DNA from: Acinetobacter wanghuae
GTDB lineage: Bacteria; Pseudomonadota; Gammaproteobacteria; Pseudomonadales; Moraxellaceae
Length of the DNA: 32,000 nucleotides
Direction of reading: 5' to 3'
NCBI RefSeq assembly: GCF_009557235.1
Contig: NZ_CP045650.1
Location: forward strand, 660,001 to 692,000
A program made the translations under genes and the position numbers. Below the pieces are notes generated by a model, which worked only from the letters and a program-made list of their open reading frames with translations, was not told the origin of the DNA and did not search any database. Within the stretch, counting starts at the first letter, position 1. Each line of letters begins with the position of its first letter. Below are positions 9,665-18,501 of the stretch, piece by piece.

Positions 9665-12600
9665 ATGACAACGGTGTCGAGTGCTTACGCACAGCGCTTA
9701 GTAATGACATTATTTTTAGTCTCATTTGGGATTTATTTGTTTCTAGCGACAGTCACTTATACACCTTTTGACCCGGGTTGGATGCATATCTCAAGTGATA
9801 CGCAAACTGTGTCAAATGCCAGTGGTGTGGCAGGGGCGTGGCTTGCAGATTTGCTGTTTGGCTTTTTAGGCTGGGCAAGCTTACTCATTCCTGTGTATTT
9901 GTTCTTAGAAGCAATTCAGGTGTGGTGGCCGCGTAGTTTCTTGAACCGACCATTCCGTTATGCTGCGCAATTCTTCTTGCTGTTGACCACGTCAGCATTA
10001 TTGTTTTTATTCTGGCAAGTGCCGGCGGATACCCTCGATAACTCATCGGGCGGGATTATTGGTTACGAACTAGGGCAAAGTTTAGAGTCTTTAATCACGG
10101 TGTATGGTGCTGTTTTATTTCTTGTTGTGCTGTGGGTGATGTTATTTACTCTGGCTTTTGGGGTGAAATGGAACAAAACTTGGAGCAGCATGAAGGCAAC
10201 GCCTTCCTATCTGCAAGATTTGTTCTATCGCAATATCCCTGAAGGTGAATCTGATTTTGATCGTACTGCTGCCGCTCCCAAAAAAGAACCTTTAATTCCT
10301 GTTAAAAAAACAATTGCGACCATTACGCCTGTAGATGAGCATATTCCTGTTGAAGTGGATGCATCAGTGCGTGATCAGGTCGCAGAGCGTTTATTTGATG
10401 ATATCGCGGACAAAGAATATCAAGCACAACAACGTGATGACATAGATGCAGAATATGCTAAACATGAAGCTGAAATTGAAGAAGTGATCGCTAAGGCGCA
10501 TCAAGTGATTCAAAATCCAGATCGTGTTGTGCCGACGGGTGAAGTATGGCGTGCATTGCATTCAGATGAAGATTTACGCCATAAACAAGATATCGATGCT
10601 TTGCTTGCAGCTGCTGAAGAAGAACAGCATCAAAATCATACACACAGCGTATCAAATGCTCAGATTCCTGTTCAAGAAACACCTGTTGTGTCTATTGAAA
10701 GTACAAAAAAATCCACAGTCGACTGGGATGATGATGAAATCTTCGATGAATTATTGGCAGCAGTACCTCAAGGCAAGACAGCAACGGATGTACACACTCC
10801 ATTTAATCATGGCGCAAATGCTGAACCTACACTTAGAATTGTAGAAGACTTACCTCAAGTTGCCGCTACTGCTTCCGTGATTGCACCTTTAGCAGCGACA
10901 TCTCAGCCGATGTCGCCAAAAAACAGCGGGTTAGAGAGCGCTTTTGAAGATCTTGATGATTTACTCATTGAGGAAGCGGAAGATATTAAACCTGTTCAGA
11001 CATCCAGTTATGCACAATCCTCGGCTTTCGTCCAAGCACCAATTCATCATCAAAATTTTGAATCAAAAACACCTATTCAGCCTCAAGCGACTGAACATAC
11101 GGCTACAGCTACGCCATCTTTGAATCAACCGGAAAGCAAAATACCATTGTCTAAAGAAGCGTTTATTGAAGCATGGCATGAAACCGCAGGTGCGCCAAAA
11201 GACGAAGATGATTTTGACTTCGATGCACCTTTAACGGATGCCTCAGGTCGACCAATGTCACGCGCAATGCAAGTGGCAGAACGCCGTAAAGATTTATCGC
11301 CTTTACCGGGTTTAGATTTGCTCGATAAAGTCGATCCGAATAAAAAGGTCAACTTTACCGAAGAACAGCTGTCACGCTTATCTGAGTTGCTTGAAATTAA
11401 ATTGCAAGAATTTAATGTGAAAGCCAAAGTGATCGAGGCGCAGCCGGGTCCTGTGGTGACACGTTTTGAACTTGATCTAGCACCGGGTGTCAAAGCGTCT
11501 AAAGTGACTAATATTTCACGTGACCTTGCTCGTTCTATGTCGATGGCATCGGTACGTGTGGTCGAAGTGATTCCGGGTAAACCTTATATCGGCATTGAAG
11601 TGCCAAACAGTACCCGTGAGATGGTACGTTTGATTGAGCTACTCACCATTCCTGCCTTTACCGATCCAAATAGCATTTTATCGATGGCGATGGGTAAAGA
11701 TATTTCGGGTAATCCCGTGATTGCAGACTTAGGTAAAGCACCACATATGTTGGTCGCAGGTACCACAGGTTCAGGTAAATCGGTTGCCGTAAACTCGATG
11801 ATTCTGTCGATGTTATTGAAATACACCCCTGATGAATTGCGTTTAATTCTGATTGATCCAAAACAATTGGAATTGGCAAACTATAACGATATTCCACATT
11901 TGTTAACGCCTGTTGTGACCGACATGAAAGATGCAGTCAATGCATTGAACTGGTGTGTTAATGAAATGGAACGCCGTTATAAACTCATGTCCTTCTTAAA
12001 AATTCGTAAACTCAGCGATTACAACCGTAAAGTTGAAGAAGCGATTGCCAACGGTGAAGACCTGATTGATCCGACGTGGAAGGCGAGTGATTCCGTGGTG
12101 GGTGAACGTGCACCGCGCTTAACATCATTGCCATCCATTGTAATTGTGGCGGATGAATTTGCCGACATGATCATGCAAGTGGGAAAAAAAGCCGAAGAAA
12201 TGATTACCCGTTTGGCACAAAAATCACGTGCGGCTGGTATTCATCTGTTACTTGCAACACAGCGTCCATCGGTCGATGTCATCACCGGTTTGATTAAAGC
12301 CAATATTCCAACGCGTGTGGCACTTCGTGTTAACTCTAAAATTGACTCACGGACGATTTTGGATGCAGGAGGTGCAGAAGACTTACTCGGTCATGGTGAT
12401 ATGTTATTCCTCGGCCCGGGTAAAATTGAGCCTGAGCGTGTCCATGGTGCATTTATTGCCGATGATGAAGTCAACCGCATTTGTGACGCATGGCGTGAAC
12501 GTGGTGCACCAAACTATGTCGATGAAATTCTAACCCCATTCGATGAGGAACCCACAAGTCGTGGTTTTGAGGATGGAGATGGCAGCTCTGACCGTGATGC

Positions 12601-12775
12601 ACTGTATGATCAATGTGTATCTTTCGTGCTTGAAACCCGTAAAGCATCGACGTCGTCGTTACAGCGTAAGTTCAGTTTGGGTTATAACCGTGCTGCACGA
12701 ATTATTGACCAAATGGAAGAAAATGGCATTGTGAGCAGTATGGGTGCCAATGGTAAACGCGAAATTTTAGTGTAA
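9665..12775 (+). CDS. ftsK: DNA translocase FtsK.
   Basis: The protein has N-terminal TM helices, a long acidic Q/E/D/P-rich linker, the motor domain (VAGTTGSGKSVAVNSMI, IVADEFADM, LLATQRPS) and a C-terminal gamma domain (LYDQCVSFVLETRKASTSSLQRKFSLGYNRAARIIDQME). I placed the start at ATG 9665 (MTTVSS), which follows AGGA. The track ORF start at 9581 adds an unlikely Cys/Phe-rich extension. Confidence 0.93.
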   Translation: MTTVSSAYAQRLVMTLFLVSFGIYLFLATVTYTPFDPGWMHISSDTQTVSNASGVAGAWLADLLFGFLGWASLLIPVYLFLEAIQVWWPRSFLNRPFRYAAQFFLLLTTSALLFLFWQVPADTLDNSSGGIIGYELGQSLESLITVYGAVLFLVVLWVMLFTLAFGVKWNKTWSSMKATPSYLQDLFYRNIPEGESDFDRTAAAPKKEPLIPVKKTIATITPVDEHIPVEVDASVRDQVAERLFDDIADKEYQAQQRDDIDAEYAKHEAEIEEVIAKAHQVIQNPDRVVPTGEVWRALHSDEDLRHKQDIDALLAAAEEEQHQNHTHSVSNAQIPVQETPVVSIESTKKSTVDWDDDEIFDELLAAVPQGKTATDVHTPFNHGANAEPTLRIVEDLPQVAATASVIAPLAATSQPMSPKNSGLESAFEDLDDLLIEEAEDIKPVQTSSYAQSSAFVQAPIHHQNFESKTPIQPQATEHTATATPSLNQPESKIPLSKEAFIEAWHETAGAPKDEDDFDFDAPLTDASGRPMSRAMQVAERRKDLSPLPGLDLLDKVDPNKKVNFTEEQLSRLSELLEIKLQEFNVKAKVIEAQPGPVVTRFELDLAPGVKASKVTNISRDLARSMSMASVRVVEVIPGKPYIGIEVPNSTREMVRLIELLTIPAFTDPNSILSMAMGKDISGNPVIADLGKAPHMLVAGTTGSGKSVAVNSMILSMLLKYTPDELRLILIDPKQLELANYNDIPHLLTPVVTDMKDAVNALNWCVNEMERRYKLMSFLKIRKLSDYNRKVEEAIANGEDLIDPTWKASDSVVGERAPRLTSLPSIVIVADEFADMIMQVGKKAEEMITRLAQKSRAAGIHLLLATQRPSVDVITGLIKANIPTRVALRVNSKIDSRTILDAGGAEDLLGHGDMLFLGPGKIEPERVHGAFIADDEVNRICDAWRERGAPNYVDEILTPFDEEPTSRGFEDGDGSSDRDALYDQCVSFVLETRKASTSSLQRKFSLGYNRAARIIDQMEENGIVSSMGANGKREILV

Positions 12776-12795
12776 CACTGCCAAATTTTAGTCAT

Positions 12796-12824
12796 AAAAA
12801 AGCCTGCAATATGCAGGCTTTTTT
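12796..12824. terminator. Bidirectional rho-independent terminator between the convergent ftsK and 95-aa ORF.
   Basis: The sequence is AAAAAAGCCTGCA-ATA-TGCAGGCTTTTTT, with an A-run on one side and a T-run on the other. Confidence 0.85.
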
Positions 12825-12835
12825 ATTTGAAAAAC

Positions 12836-13123
12836 TTATGCAAATTTGGCTAAAACTGCTAAAAATTCCGCGCTATGACGTGGGAATGTTGCAATCACAT
12901 CATGAATACGCTGACCTTCCGGATTTGTAGCATTGACATCGCGACCATCAGCAACGAATTGAGTGAGCAGACGTTCATAATCGAATGGACGCATGTGTTT
13001 ATACGCATGGTACAACACATGGAAATCTGCATTCACATCGGCAGGAGGAAGCTGAGTCAGGTAGGCAAATACACGCTCATCTGACCATTCTTCGTTAAAC
13101 GTTGCAGGTTGAGACAATGCCAT
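12836..13123 (-). CDS. Small conserved-looking hypothetical protein (95 aa).
   Basis: This is a clean ORF with a strong AAGGAG RBS (plus-strand CTCCTT at 13130-13135) seven nt upstream of the ATG. It is terminated by the shared terminator. I recognise no domain. Confidence 0.6.
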   Translation of the reverse strand: MALSQPATFNEEWSDERVFAYLTQLPPADVNADFHVLYHAYKHMRPFDYERLLTQFVADGRDVNATNPEGQRIHDVIATFPRHSAEFLAVLAKFA

Positions 13124-13156
13124 CGCAATCTCCTTGATATAATTTTAGATATGAAA

Positions 13157-13384
13157 AAGGCAAAATATGAGTACGCAAGGGACGACGTTTAAAAAAACGT
13201 GGCCTAAAAAGCAAGGCTTTTCGTTTTATGGATAGATCGAAATATAATCCAACTGACGTGAAGCAGAGCTTCCCGTTTTGAGCTTGGATAAATCATACTT
13301 TAATCCACTCCACTCGAAGCATAGCTTCTCGTCTTGCGACCAGGCGAAGCAGTGCTTCGCTGATCTGGTCTCATATTTTGCCTT
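13157..13384. repeat. Hairpin-rich non-coding element bounded by inverted repeats. It may be MITE/REP-like or a structured RNA.
   Basis: A perfect 15-bp inverted repeat, AAGGCAAAATATGAG (13157-13171) / CTCATATTTTGCCTT (13370-13384), bounds it. Inside are three GAAGCAnnGCTTC palindromes at 13260-13272, 13316-13328 and 13346-13358, plus a nested hairpin GACCAG..CTGGTC at 13338-13370. Confidence 0.6.
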
Positions 13385-13416
13385 GAATCATGATCCTTGA
13401 CCAATCAAAAATCAGA

Positions 13417-13689
13417 TTATCGTTCTTCAGGTAAATTGATATTCATTTCAAGCATTTCGATGTTCGCTTCAGAACGCACTTGCATTTGAATGTGTTGTTC
13501 ATCGACACCACGAACATAACGATTGACCACTTGCATGATTTCAGTTTTCATTTGGTCGATTTTTTCTTGGCTTAAACGACGACCTAAACCTTGTTCAGAA
13601 GCGACAATCACCTTTAGACGGTCTTTCGCTGTTTGCGCACTCGAAGGTTTATCTTCGTTACTAAAAAGCTTACTCCAGAATCCAGCCAT
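13417..13689 (-). CDS. minE: Cell division topological specificity factor MinE.
   Basis: The 90-aa product begins MAGFWSKLFSN and contains SAQTAKDRLKVIVA. It starts 3 nt after the minD stop. Confidence 0.95.
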   Translation of the reverse strand: MAGFWSKLFSNEDKPSSAQTAKDRLKVIVASEQGLGRRLSQEKIDQMKTEIMQVVNRYVRGVDEQHIQMQVRSEANIEMLEMNINLPEER

Positions 13690-13692
13690 GAT

Positions 13693-14505
13693 TTACGCTC
13701 CAAATAGTCGTGCTAACCAACCCTTAGGTTTAACGTCTAAATGACGATAAGGGCGCTCTTCACCTAGGAAACGAGCAACAAGGTCATCATAAGCTTGACC
13801 TGCTGCAGTTTCAGTGAAATTAATCACTGGCTTACCTTCGTTCGATGCTTGTAATACGCTTGGACATTCAGGAATCACGCCCAAAGTTGGCACGCGTAAA
13901 ATATCTTTAGAAATATCGTCAACCGTTAACATTTCTTGTTTGTCCGCACGTTCAGGGTTGAAACGTGTGATACATAAATGTTTACGGATGCGACCTTCAT
14001 TTTGTTCGACTTTTTTGGTTTTGCTGTCGAGCATACCAATAATACGATCCGAGTCACGTACTGAAGAAATTTCAGGATTGGTCACAATGATCGCTTCATC
14101 TGCATGGTACATCGCCATGATTGCACCGCGTTCAATGCCCGCAGGTGAGTCACAGATGATGTAGTCAAATTCTTGCGATAATTCATCCATCACACGTGCA
14201 ACGCCTTCGTCAGTTAAGGCATCTTTATCACGCGTTTGTGATGCAGGTAATACATAAAGATTTTCAATATCTTTATCACGGATTAATGCTTGTTGTAGAC
14301 GTGCTTCATTGTTGAGTACATTTACAAAATCATAGACAACGCGACGTTCACAACCCATGATCAAATCAAGGTTACGTAAACCTACATCAAAGTCGATCAC
14401 AACAGTTTTGTGACCACGTAGGGCTAAACCTGTTGCAAAAGATGCACTTGTTGTAGTTTTACCTACGCCACCTTTGCCTGATGTTACGACAACAATTTTC
14501 GCCAC
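13693..14505 (-). CDS. minD: Septum site-determining ATPase MinD.
   Basis: The product (M)AKIVVVTSGKGGVGKTTTSA is 270 aa and ends in the amphipathic tail KGWLARLFGA. The track ORF starts at GTG 14514, which overlaps the AGGAG Shine-Dalgarno. The GTG at 14505 lies 8 nt downstream of AGGAG and gives the canonical MinD N-terminus, so I prefer it. Confidence 0.95.
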   Translation of the reverse strand: MAKIVVVTSGKGGVGKTTTSASFATGLALRGHKTVVIDFDVGLRNLDLIMGCERRVVYDFVNVLNNEARLQQALIRDKDIENLYVLPASQTRDKDALTDEGVARVMDELSQEFDYIICDSPAGIERGAIMAMYHADEAIIVTNPEISSVRDSDRIIGMLDSKTKKVEQNEGRIRKHLCITRFNPERADKQEMLTVDDISKDILRVPTLGVIPECPSVLQASNEGKPVINFTETAAGQAYDDLVARFLGEERPYRHLDVKPKGWLARLFGA

Positions 14506-14572
14506 CGAATCCACTCCTGTTATGGTTTCAAATTCCCTGATTTAAATAGGGCTTTTGGTGTTTATTTATACA

Positions 14573-15286
14573 TTAAAATTGTAGAGCTTCAAATACAAGC
14601 TCTTGTTGATCATTCAAATAAATATGTACGGGTTTCTTCACTACATCTTGCGGAATATCATCTGCAACACAATAGGTTCCTGAAATAGAGACCAGTTCAG
14701 CTTCTAAAGCATGACAGAAGATACGTGCAGCCGTATTGCCACCTGCACCTGCAATCACACGCCCACGTGCACTACCGTAAATATGAATATTGCCTGATGC
14801 AATGACTTCTGAACCGCTATTAATACCGGCACTGATAATAATGTCACCTTGGTTTTGCACGATGCATTGACCAGTACGCAAAATTTCATCGTGATAAGAG
14901 GTCACATGTGCAATGACAGGGGCTGCAACCGCCTCAACATTGGCTTGTACTTTCGGTTCGACTTTCAGCTCAACCACTTGTTCTTTAGTGGCTTTAATTT
15001 CTTGCAGCTGACGATCAGGTGGTAACACCGGGAATTGAATCGAACGCGCTTGGTCGCCGAGCAAACCTTCTGTTACTGCCATCGGTTGAACGTCTAGGCT
15101 AATTAACAGTTGAATCAGCGCAATCAGTTCTTGTTCAACGCTACTTTCAATGACCACCAGCGTGCCGGGTGGAAATGCTGTTGATAATTTTGGTGCAAGC
15201 TGTTGGCGGATGACATCATGATCATTTGTATCAAGGCTAATGCGAATTGCATTGACCATTCTGCCTTTAATCCGTATTTCAGCCAT
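14573..15286 (-). CDS. minC: Septum site-determining protein MinC.
   Basis: The 237-aa product has the C-terminal beta-helix motif [41 protein letters not shown]. An AAGGAAG RBS is present, and the gene lies upstream of minD-minE. Confidence 0.9.
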   Translation of the reverse strand: MAEIRIKGRMVNAIRISLDTNDHDVIRQQLAPKLSTAFPPGTLVVIESSVEQELIALIQLLISLDVQPMAVTEGLLGDQARSIQFPVLPPDRQLQEIKATKEQVVELKVEPKVQANVEAVAAPVIAHVTSYHDEILRTGQCIVQNQGDIIISAGINSGSEVIASGNIHIYGSARGRVIAGAGGNTAARIFCHALEAELVSISGTYCVADDIPQDVVKKPVHIYLNDQQELVFEALQF

Positions 15287-15449
15287 AGTTCTTCCTTAAA
15301 TACTTCTGACCTAATTGATTTTCATGTCGAAGCAATGTTGTAAATAGTGCAAATCCTAGAGCAAATTCAGTTAATTCTCTAGCGATCGTCGTTATTTTTT
15401 TATGCGAATAGAAGCTAAAAATATGAATCTATTCAAAACCAAGAAATCC

Positions 15450-16514
15450 TTAGTCTGTTGAACGCTGATTTTGCTCATGTTCTTCTAAAAATTGTTTCCA
15501 CTGTTTGACTTTGACTTGTTTTCGGATCGCTTCAATTGTATCAAAAACAGCCGATTCTACTAATTTATCAATATGTGGATTATGTTCAATTTGTATTTGG
15601 CTGATTTTATCTGAAATCATGGCAAATGTCGGGTTTTCTTTTGATGAAGTGGTTTGAGTAAATGGATCAATTAAGCCTTGGGTAATGTTTTCGCCTAAAC
15701 GTTGTCCAATGCTCTGAATCTGTTGCTCGATGCGACTGCCGACAATAGGAATAAGACGTAACAGTTGGGTCAGTTCAGGCGTATCTTCAATGGCTTGATT
15801 CACCACTTGACCTACATTTTTCGCAATCATAAAACGCTGTGCTTGTAATTCTTTGCCTAAGGATTCTTGCAAAATATCCGCCAATGCCACAGCTAATAAT
15901 TGACGATGGCTTTCCACCAATTCATCAATCAGTTGTTTATGCGTTGTACTGGTAGAAATCTCACGTTTAATGCCATCTAAAACGGTGAGTACGATACGAC
16001 TGGTGAGTTCTTCCATGACCAAGTTGTAATAGAACGCTGCGCGCGCATACCAAGCTTTGGGAATGACTTGATAACCATGCGTATGCAGGTTGTAACCAAT
16101 CGCCACAGCGCGTAACAGACGCAAGAAACGCAATTGCGGTAAAATGGAAAGCACTTCATACCAATGAATAAAAGGGAAGAACCACCAGCGTTGATGTTGT
16201 TTGATACTGATCGCAATGATCCAACGCACAAATAATTCAATAATTAAAAATGTGGTAAACCAGCCCTCAGTTTTAATGACCCAAGGGCGGAGTTCTGTTT
16301 TATAAAACTCTAAAACTTCAGGTAAACGGGTGAAATCAAATAACCAATGCCCAAAATCGCTGAGTAAAATGCCGTTGGCACTTAAGCACACCAAATTGAT
16401 GATGATCAGCACCATCATCAAAATGTCGTAGATCAAAGCGACTTTCCAGCCCCAAGAGCCTTTTTCAAAAAACTTAGCGGTGCTTGAGCTGCTGCTTGGG
16501 TTATTTTCTTTCAT
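15450..16514 (-). CDS. Membrane protein with a voltage-sensor-domain-like S1-S4 module, no recognisable pore, and a C-terminal hydrophilic helical domain of about 190 aa.
   Basis: S1 is VALIYDILMMVLIIINLVCLS, S2 is WFTTFLIIELFVRWIIAI, S3 is FFPFIHWYEVLSILP and S4 is LRFLRLLRAVAIGYNL, with Arg at every third position. I see no hydrophobic S5-P-S6 segment afterwards. The likely ATG is at 16514, because the track start at 16520 is a TTG. The gene begins 10 nt after the stop of the upstream acyltransferase. Confidence 0.65.
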   Translation of the reverse strand: MKENNPSSSSSTAKFFEKGSWGWKVALIYDILMMVLIIINLVCLSANGILLSDFGHWLFDFTRLPEVLEFYKTELRPWVIKTEGWFTTFLIIELFVRWIIAISIKQHQRWWFFPFIHWYEVLSILPQLRFLRLLRAVAIGYNLHTHGYQVIPKAWYARAAFYYNLVMEELTSRIVLTVLDGIKREISTSTTHKQLIDELVESHRQLLAVALADILQESLGKELQAQRFMIAKNVGQVVNQAIEDTPELTQLLRLIPIVGSRIEQQIQSIGQRLGENITQGLIDPFTQTTSSKENPTFAMISDKISQIQIEHNPHIDKLVESAVFDTIEAIRKQVKVKQWKQFLEEHEQNQRSTD

Positions 16515-16524
16515 GATCAAGGCT

Positions 16525-17454
16525 CTAAGCTTTAGATGGGGCGTTGAGCTTTTGTTTCATTTGCTCAATGAGTTGATCTTTTTCAGTCCACAGTTCATCG
16601 ACCCATTTTTGGAATTTGCCACGATATTCTGCGTCATCTTCATAATTTCCGCCCAATACCCATGCTGGAATCTCGATTTTTCTTAAATTTACCGCAATAC
16701 GTGGTACCTCACCCAACCAAAATTCACTATAACCTGGCACACCATCTGGATAAACAATGGTCATGTCGACTAACGCATCAATTTTATCGCCCAAAATATT
16801 CAGTGCTAAGGCAAGTCCACCTGCTTTAGGTTTCAGTAAATGCTGAAACGGAGACTTTTGTTGGGCATGCTTTTCTGGGGTAAAGCGCGTGCCTTCCAAA
16901 TAATTGAGTAGGGTAAAAGGCTGACTGAGCAGCTGTTCGCAAGATTTACGCGCTTCTTCCATGTCACGATCTTTCAGTGCAGGATTCTTGGCAATCTGTT
17001 CCTTGCTGTGTCGTTTCATCATTGGGAAGCCCAAAATTTTAAAGGCTTGTCCCACGAATGGAATAAAGATTAGTTCCCATTTGGTAAAGAAACGGGTCAG
17101 TGGCATACGAGTTAAACCAAAATATTGATTAACTGTGGTATCGACCCAACTTTGATGATTACAGGTCATTAAGTAACGACCTTGCATATTTAAGTCCAAC
17201 GTATCGTCAACACTAATATCCCATTGGGTGTTTTTTAAGACATTGTCAATCAACCAATTATTGACGGTAAGCCAATTGTTAGCAATTTTGATATTGGTTT
17301 GATCCACTTTGGCTGATTTTTTAAAGAGTTTGGTGAGTCCTAAAGCCAATACTGGTGGACCATGGAAAAAGGTACTACCTGTCATCACCGAGGTTACGGC
17401 AAGTCCGCGTGTAATTTTTTTTAAAGCAGGCTGTTTTTTACTTTCAGATGACAT
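16525..17454 (-). CDS. YihG-like acyltransferase (PlsC / lysophospholipid acyltransferase family).
   Basis: The product has the HX4D motif NHQSWVD and is collinear with E. coli YihG (YLEGTRFTPEKHAQQKSPFQHLLKPKAGGLALALN, WVDELWTEKDQLI). I prefer the ATG at 17454 (MSSESKK, 309 aa) over the track's TTG at 17475. Confidence 0.85.
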   Translation of the reverse strand: MSSESKKQPALKKITRGLAVTSVMTGSTFFHGPPVLALGLTKLFKKSAKVDQTNIKIANNWLTVNNWLIDNVLKNTQWDISVDDTLDLNMQGRYLMTCNHQSWVDTTVNQYFGLTRMPLTRFFTKWELIFIPFVGQAFKILGFPMMKRHSKEQIAKNPALKDRDMEEARKSCEQLLSQPFTLLNYLEGTRFTPEKHAQQKSPFQHLLKPKAGGLALALNILGDKIDALVDMTIVYPDGVPGYSEFWLGEVPRIAVNLRKIEIPAWVLGGNYEDDAEYRGKFQKWVDELWTEKDQLIEQMKQKLNAPSKA

Positions 17455-17706
17455 AATGAAAATGGTCCTAAACAATCAGTCGACTAAATTTAGTTATAGA
17501 CTTATCAATATAGTAGCTGTTTGGCAAATATTAAAGCGCTGAGTTTAAACTATGAAGAAATTGTGATGAAGTTAACCCTTTTGGTTACACATAAACATTA
17601 CAAAATGTTACTAAAAGATTTATTATTAACAAATCGTATATGGTTATCCATTGAATTATCGACCATTATTCTGACATACAACAATCACAAGTTAAGGAGG
17701 CATGCG

Positions 17707-18360
17707 ATGCGTGCACTAGTAATTTCAGCAATTGCGGCAGGGGCTGTAGCACTCACTGGTTGTCAATCAACAGGCAACAACATCGGTGGTGTTGAGTATG
17801 ATAAAGCGGCTTTAGGTACTTTAATTGGTGCAGCAGCGGGTTACGGCGTTTCTAAAGGTAATGCAAACTCAAGCCGTCAAAATAACCGTGCAGCTGCAAT
17901 CGGTGCTGTACTTGGTGGCGCGACTGGCGTTTACCTTGACAATAAAGAGAAAAAATTACGCGCAGCAACAGCGGGTACTGGTGTAGACGTTAACCGTAAT
18001 CCAGATGGTTCGATCAACCTTGTTATGCCAGGTGCGATCACATTTGATACAAACCAATCAAACATCAAACCAAACTTCTATGCAACATTGAACAAAGTTG
18101 CTCAAGTACTGACTGAAGATAGCCAAAGCGGTATCTTGGTATCAGGTTACACTGACAGTACTGGTAATGATTCAATCAACTTACCATTGTCTCAAGCGCG
18201 TGCTCAATCAGTAGCAAACTACCTTGCAGGTCAAGGTGTTGCACGTACACGTATTAATGCACAAGGTCTTGGTTCAGCAAACCCAATCGCAGATAACACA
18301 ACTGCTGCGGGCAAAGAACAAAACCGTCGTGTTGAAATTTCAGTATACCAAGTTCAATAA
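17707..18360 (+). CDS. OmpA-family lipoprotein (YiaD-like).
   Basis: The product begins MRALVISAIAAGAVALTGC, which carries the lipobox LTGC. It also has a Gly-zipper region and a C-terminal OmpA_C peptidoglycan-binding domain (GYTDSTGNDSINLPLSQARAQSVANYL, NRRVEI). A strong AAGGAGG RBS at 17694-17700 supports the ATG at 17707. The track ORF start at 17521 is a false extension. Confidence 0.88.
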   Translation: MRALVISAIAAGAVALTGCQSTGNNIGGVEYDKAALGTLIGAAAGYGVSKGNANSSRQNNRAAAIGAVLGGATGVYLDNKEKKLRAATAGTGVDVNRNPDGSINLVMPGAITFDTNQSNIKPNFYATLNKVAQVLTEDSQSGILVSGYTDSTGNDSINLPLSQARAQSVANYLAGQGVARTRINAQGLGSANPIADNTTAAGKEQNRRVEISVYQVQ

Positions 18361-18378
18361 TTCCTGAATTTGATATCT

Positions 18379-18406
18379 AAAAAGACCACCTTCGGGTGGT
18401 TTTTTT
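18379..18406 (+). terminator. Rho-independent terminator.
   Basis: The sequence is AAAAAGACCACC-TTCG-GGTGGTTTTTTT. Confidence 0.85.
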
Positions 18407-18444
18407 GTATCTGAACAATGATACAAGGAAATCTGAATTTGGAT

Positions 18445-18473
18445 TAGGCAAGTGGGCGTGAGATGACTATAAT
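18445..18473 (+). promoter_or_regulatory. Candidate sigma70 promoter for rep.
   Basis: A perfect -10, TATAAT (18468-18473), lies 17 nt after TAGGCA (18445-18450), which matches the -35 consensus at 4 of 6 positions. Confidence 0.4.
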
Positions 18474-18501
18474 CACAGCCGAATCTAGAAGAGGAAGCAC
18501 T

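Noticed and set aside
9474-9668. A 64-aa ORF in the trxB-ftsK intergenic region.
   Set aside because: It has a TTG start and no RBS, and it is Cys/Phe/Ile-rich. It runs through the probable ftsK promoter and leader and ends overlapping the ftsK start. It is most likely non-coding.
13151-13192. A 13-codon mini-ORF (MKKAKYEYARDDV) inside the inverted-repeat-bounded element.
   Set aside because: It has no Shine-Dalgarno and is very short. It overlaps the left inverted-repeat arm, so it is probably fortuitous.
10491-14164. Other embedded ORFs. These include 10491-10682, 10524-10844, 11125-11493, 11584-11897, 12315-12734 (all in ftsK), 12875-13084, 13523-13744 and 13814-14164 (antisense to minD). 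Further examples lie outside the listed span: 18555-18986 and 20064-20327 (antisense to rep), 21707-22024 and 26084-26450.
   Set aside because: Each overlaps a confidently identified gene on the other strand or in another frame. None has a recognisable motif or translation signals.
15395-15430. Hairpin GAATAGA...TCTATTC downstream of the voltage-sensor-like gene, considered as its terminator.
   Set aside because: On the transcribed (minus) strand the stem is followed by an A-run, not a U-run, so it does not fit an intrinsic terminator. It was left uncalled.
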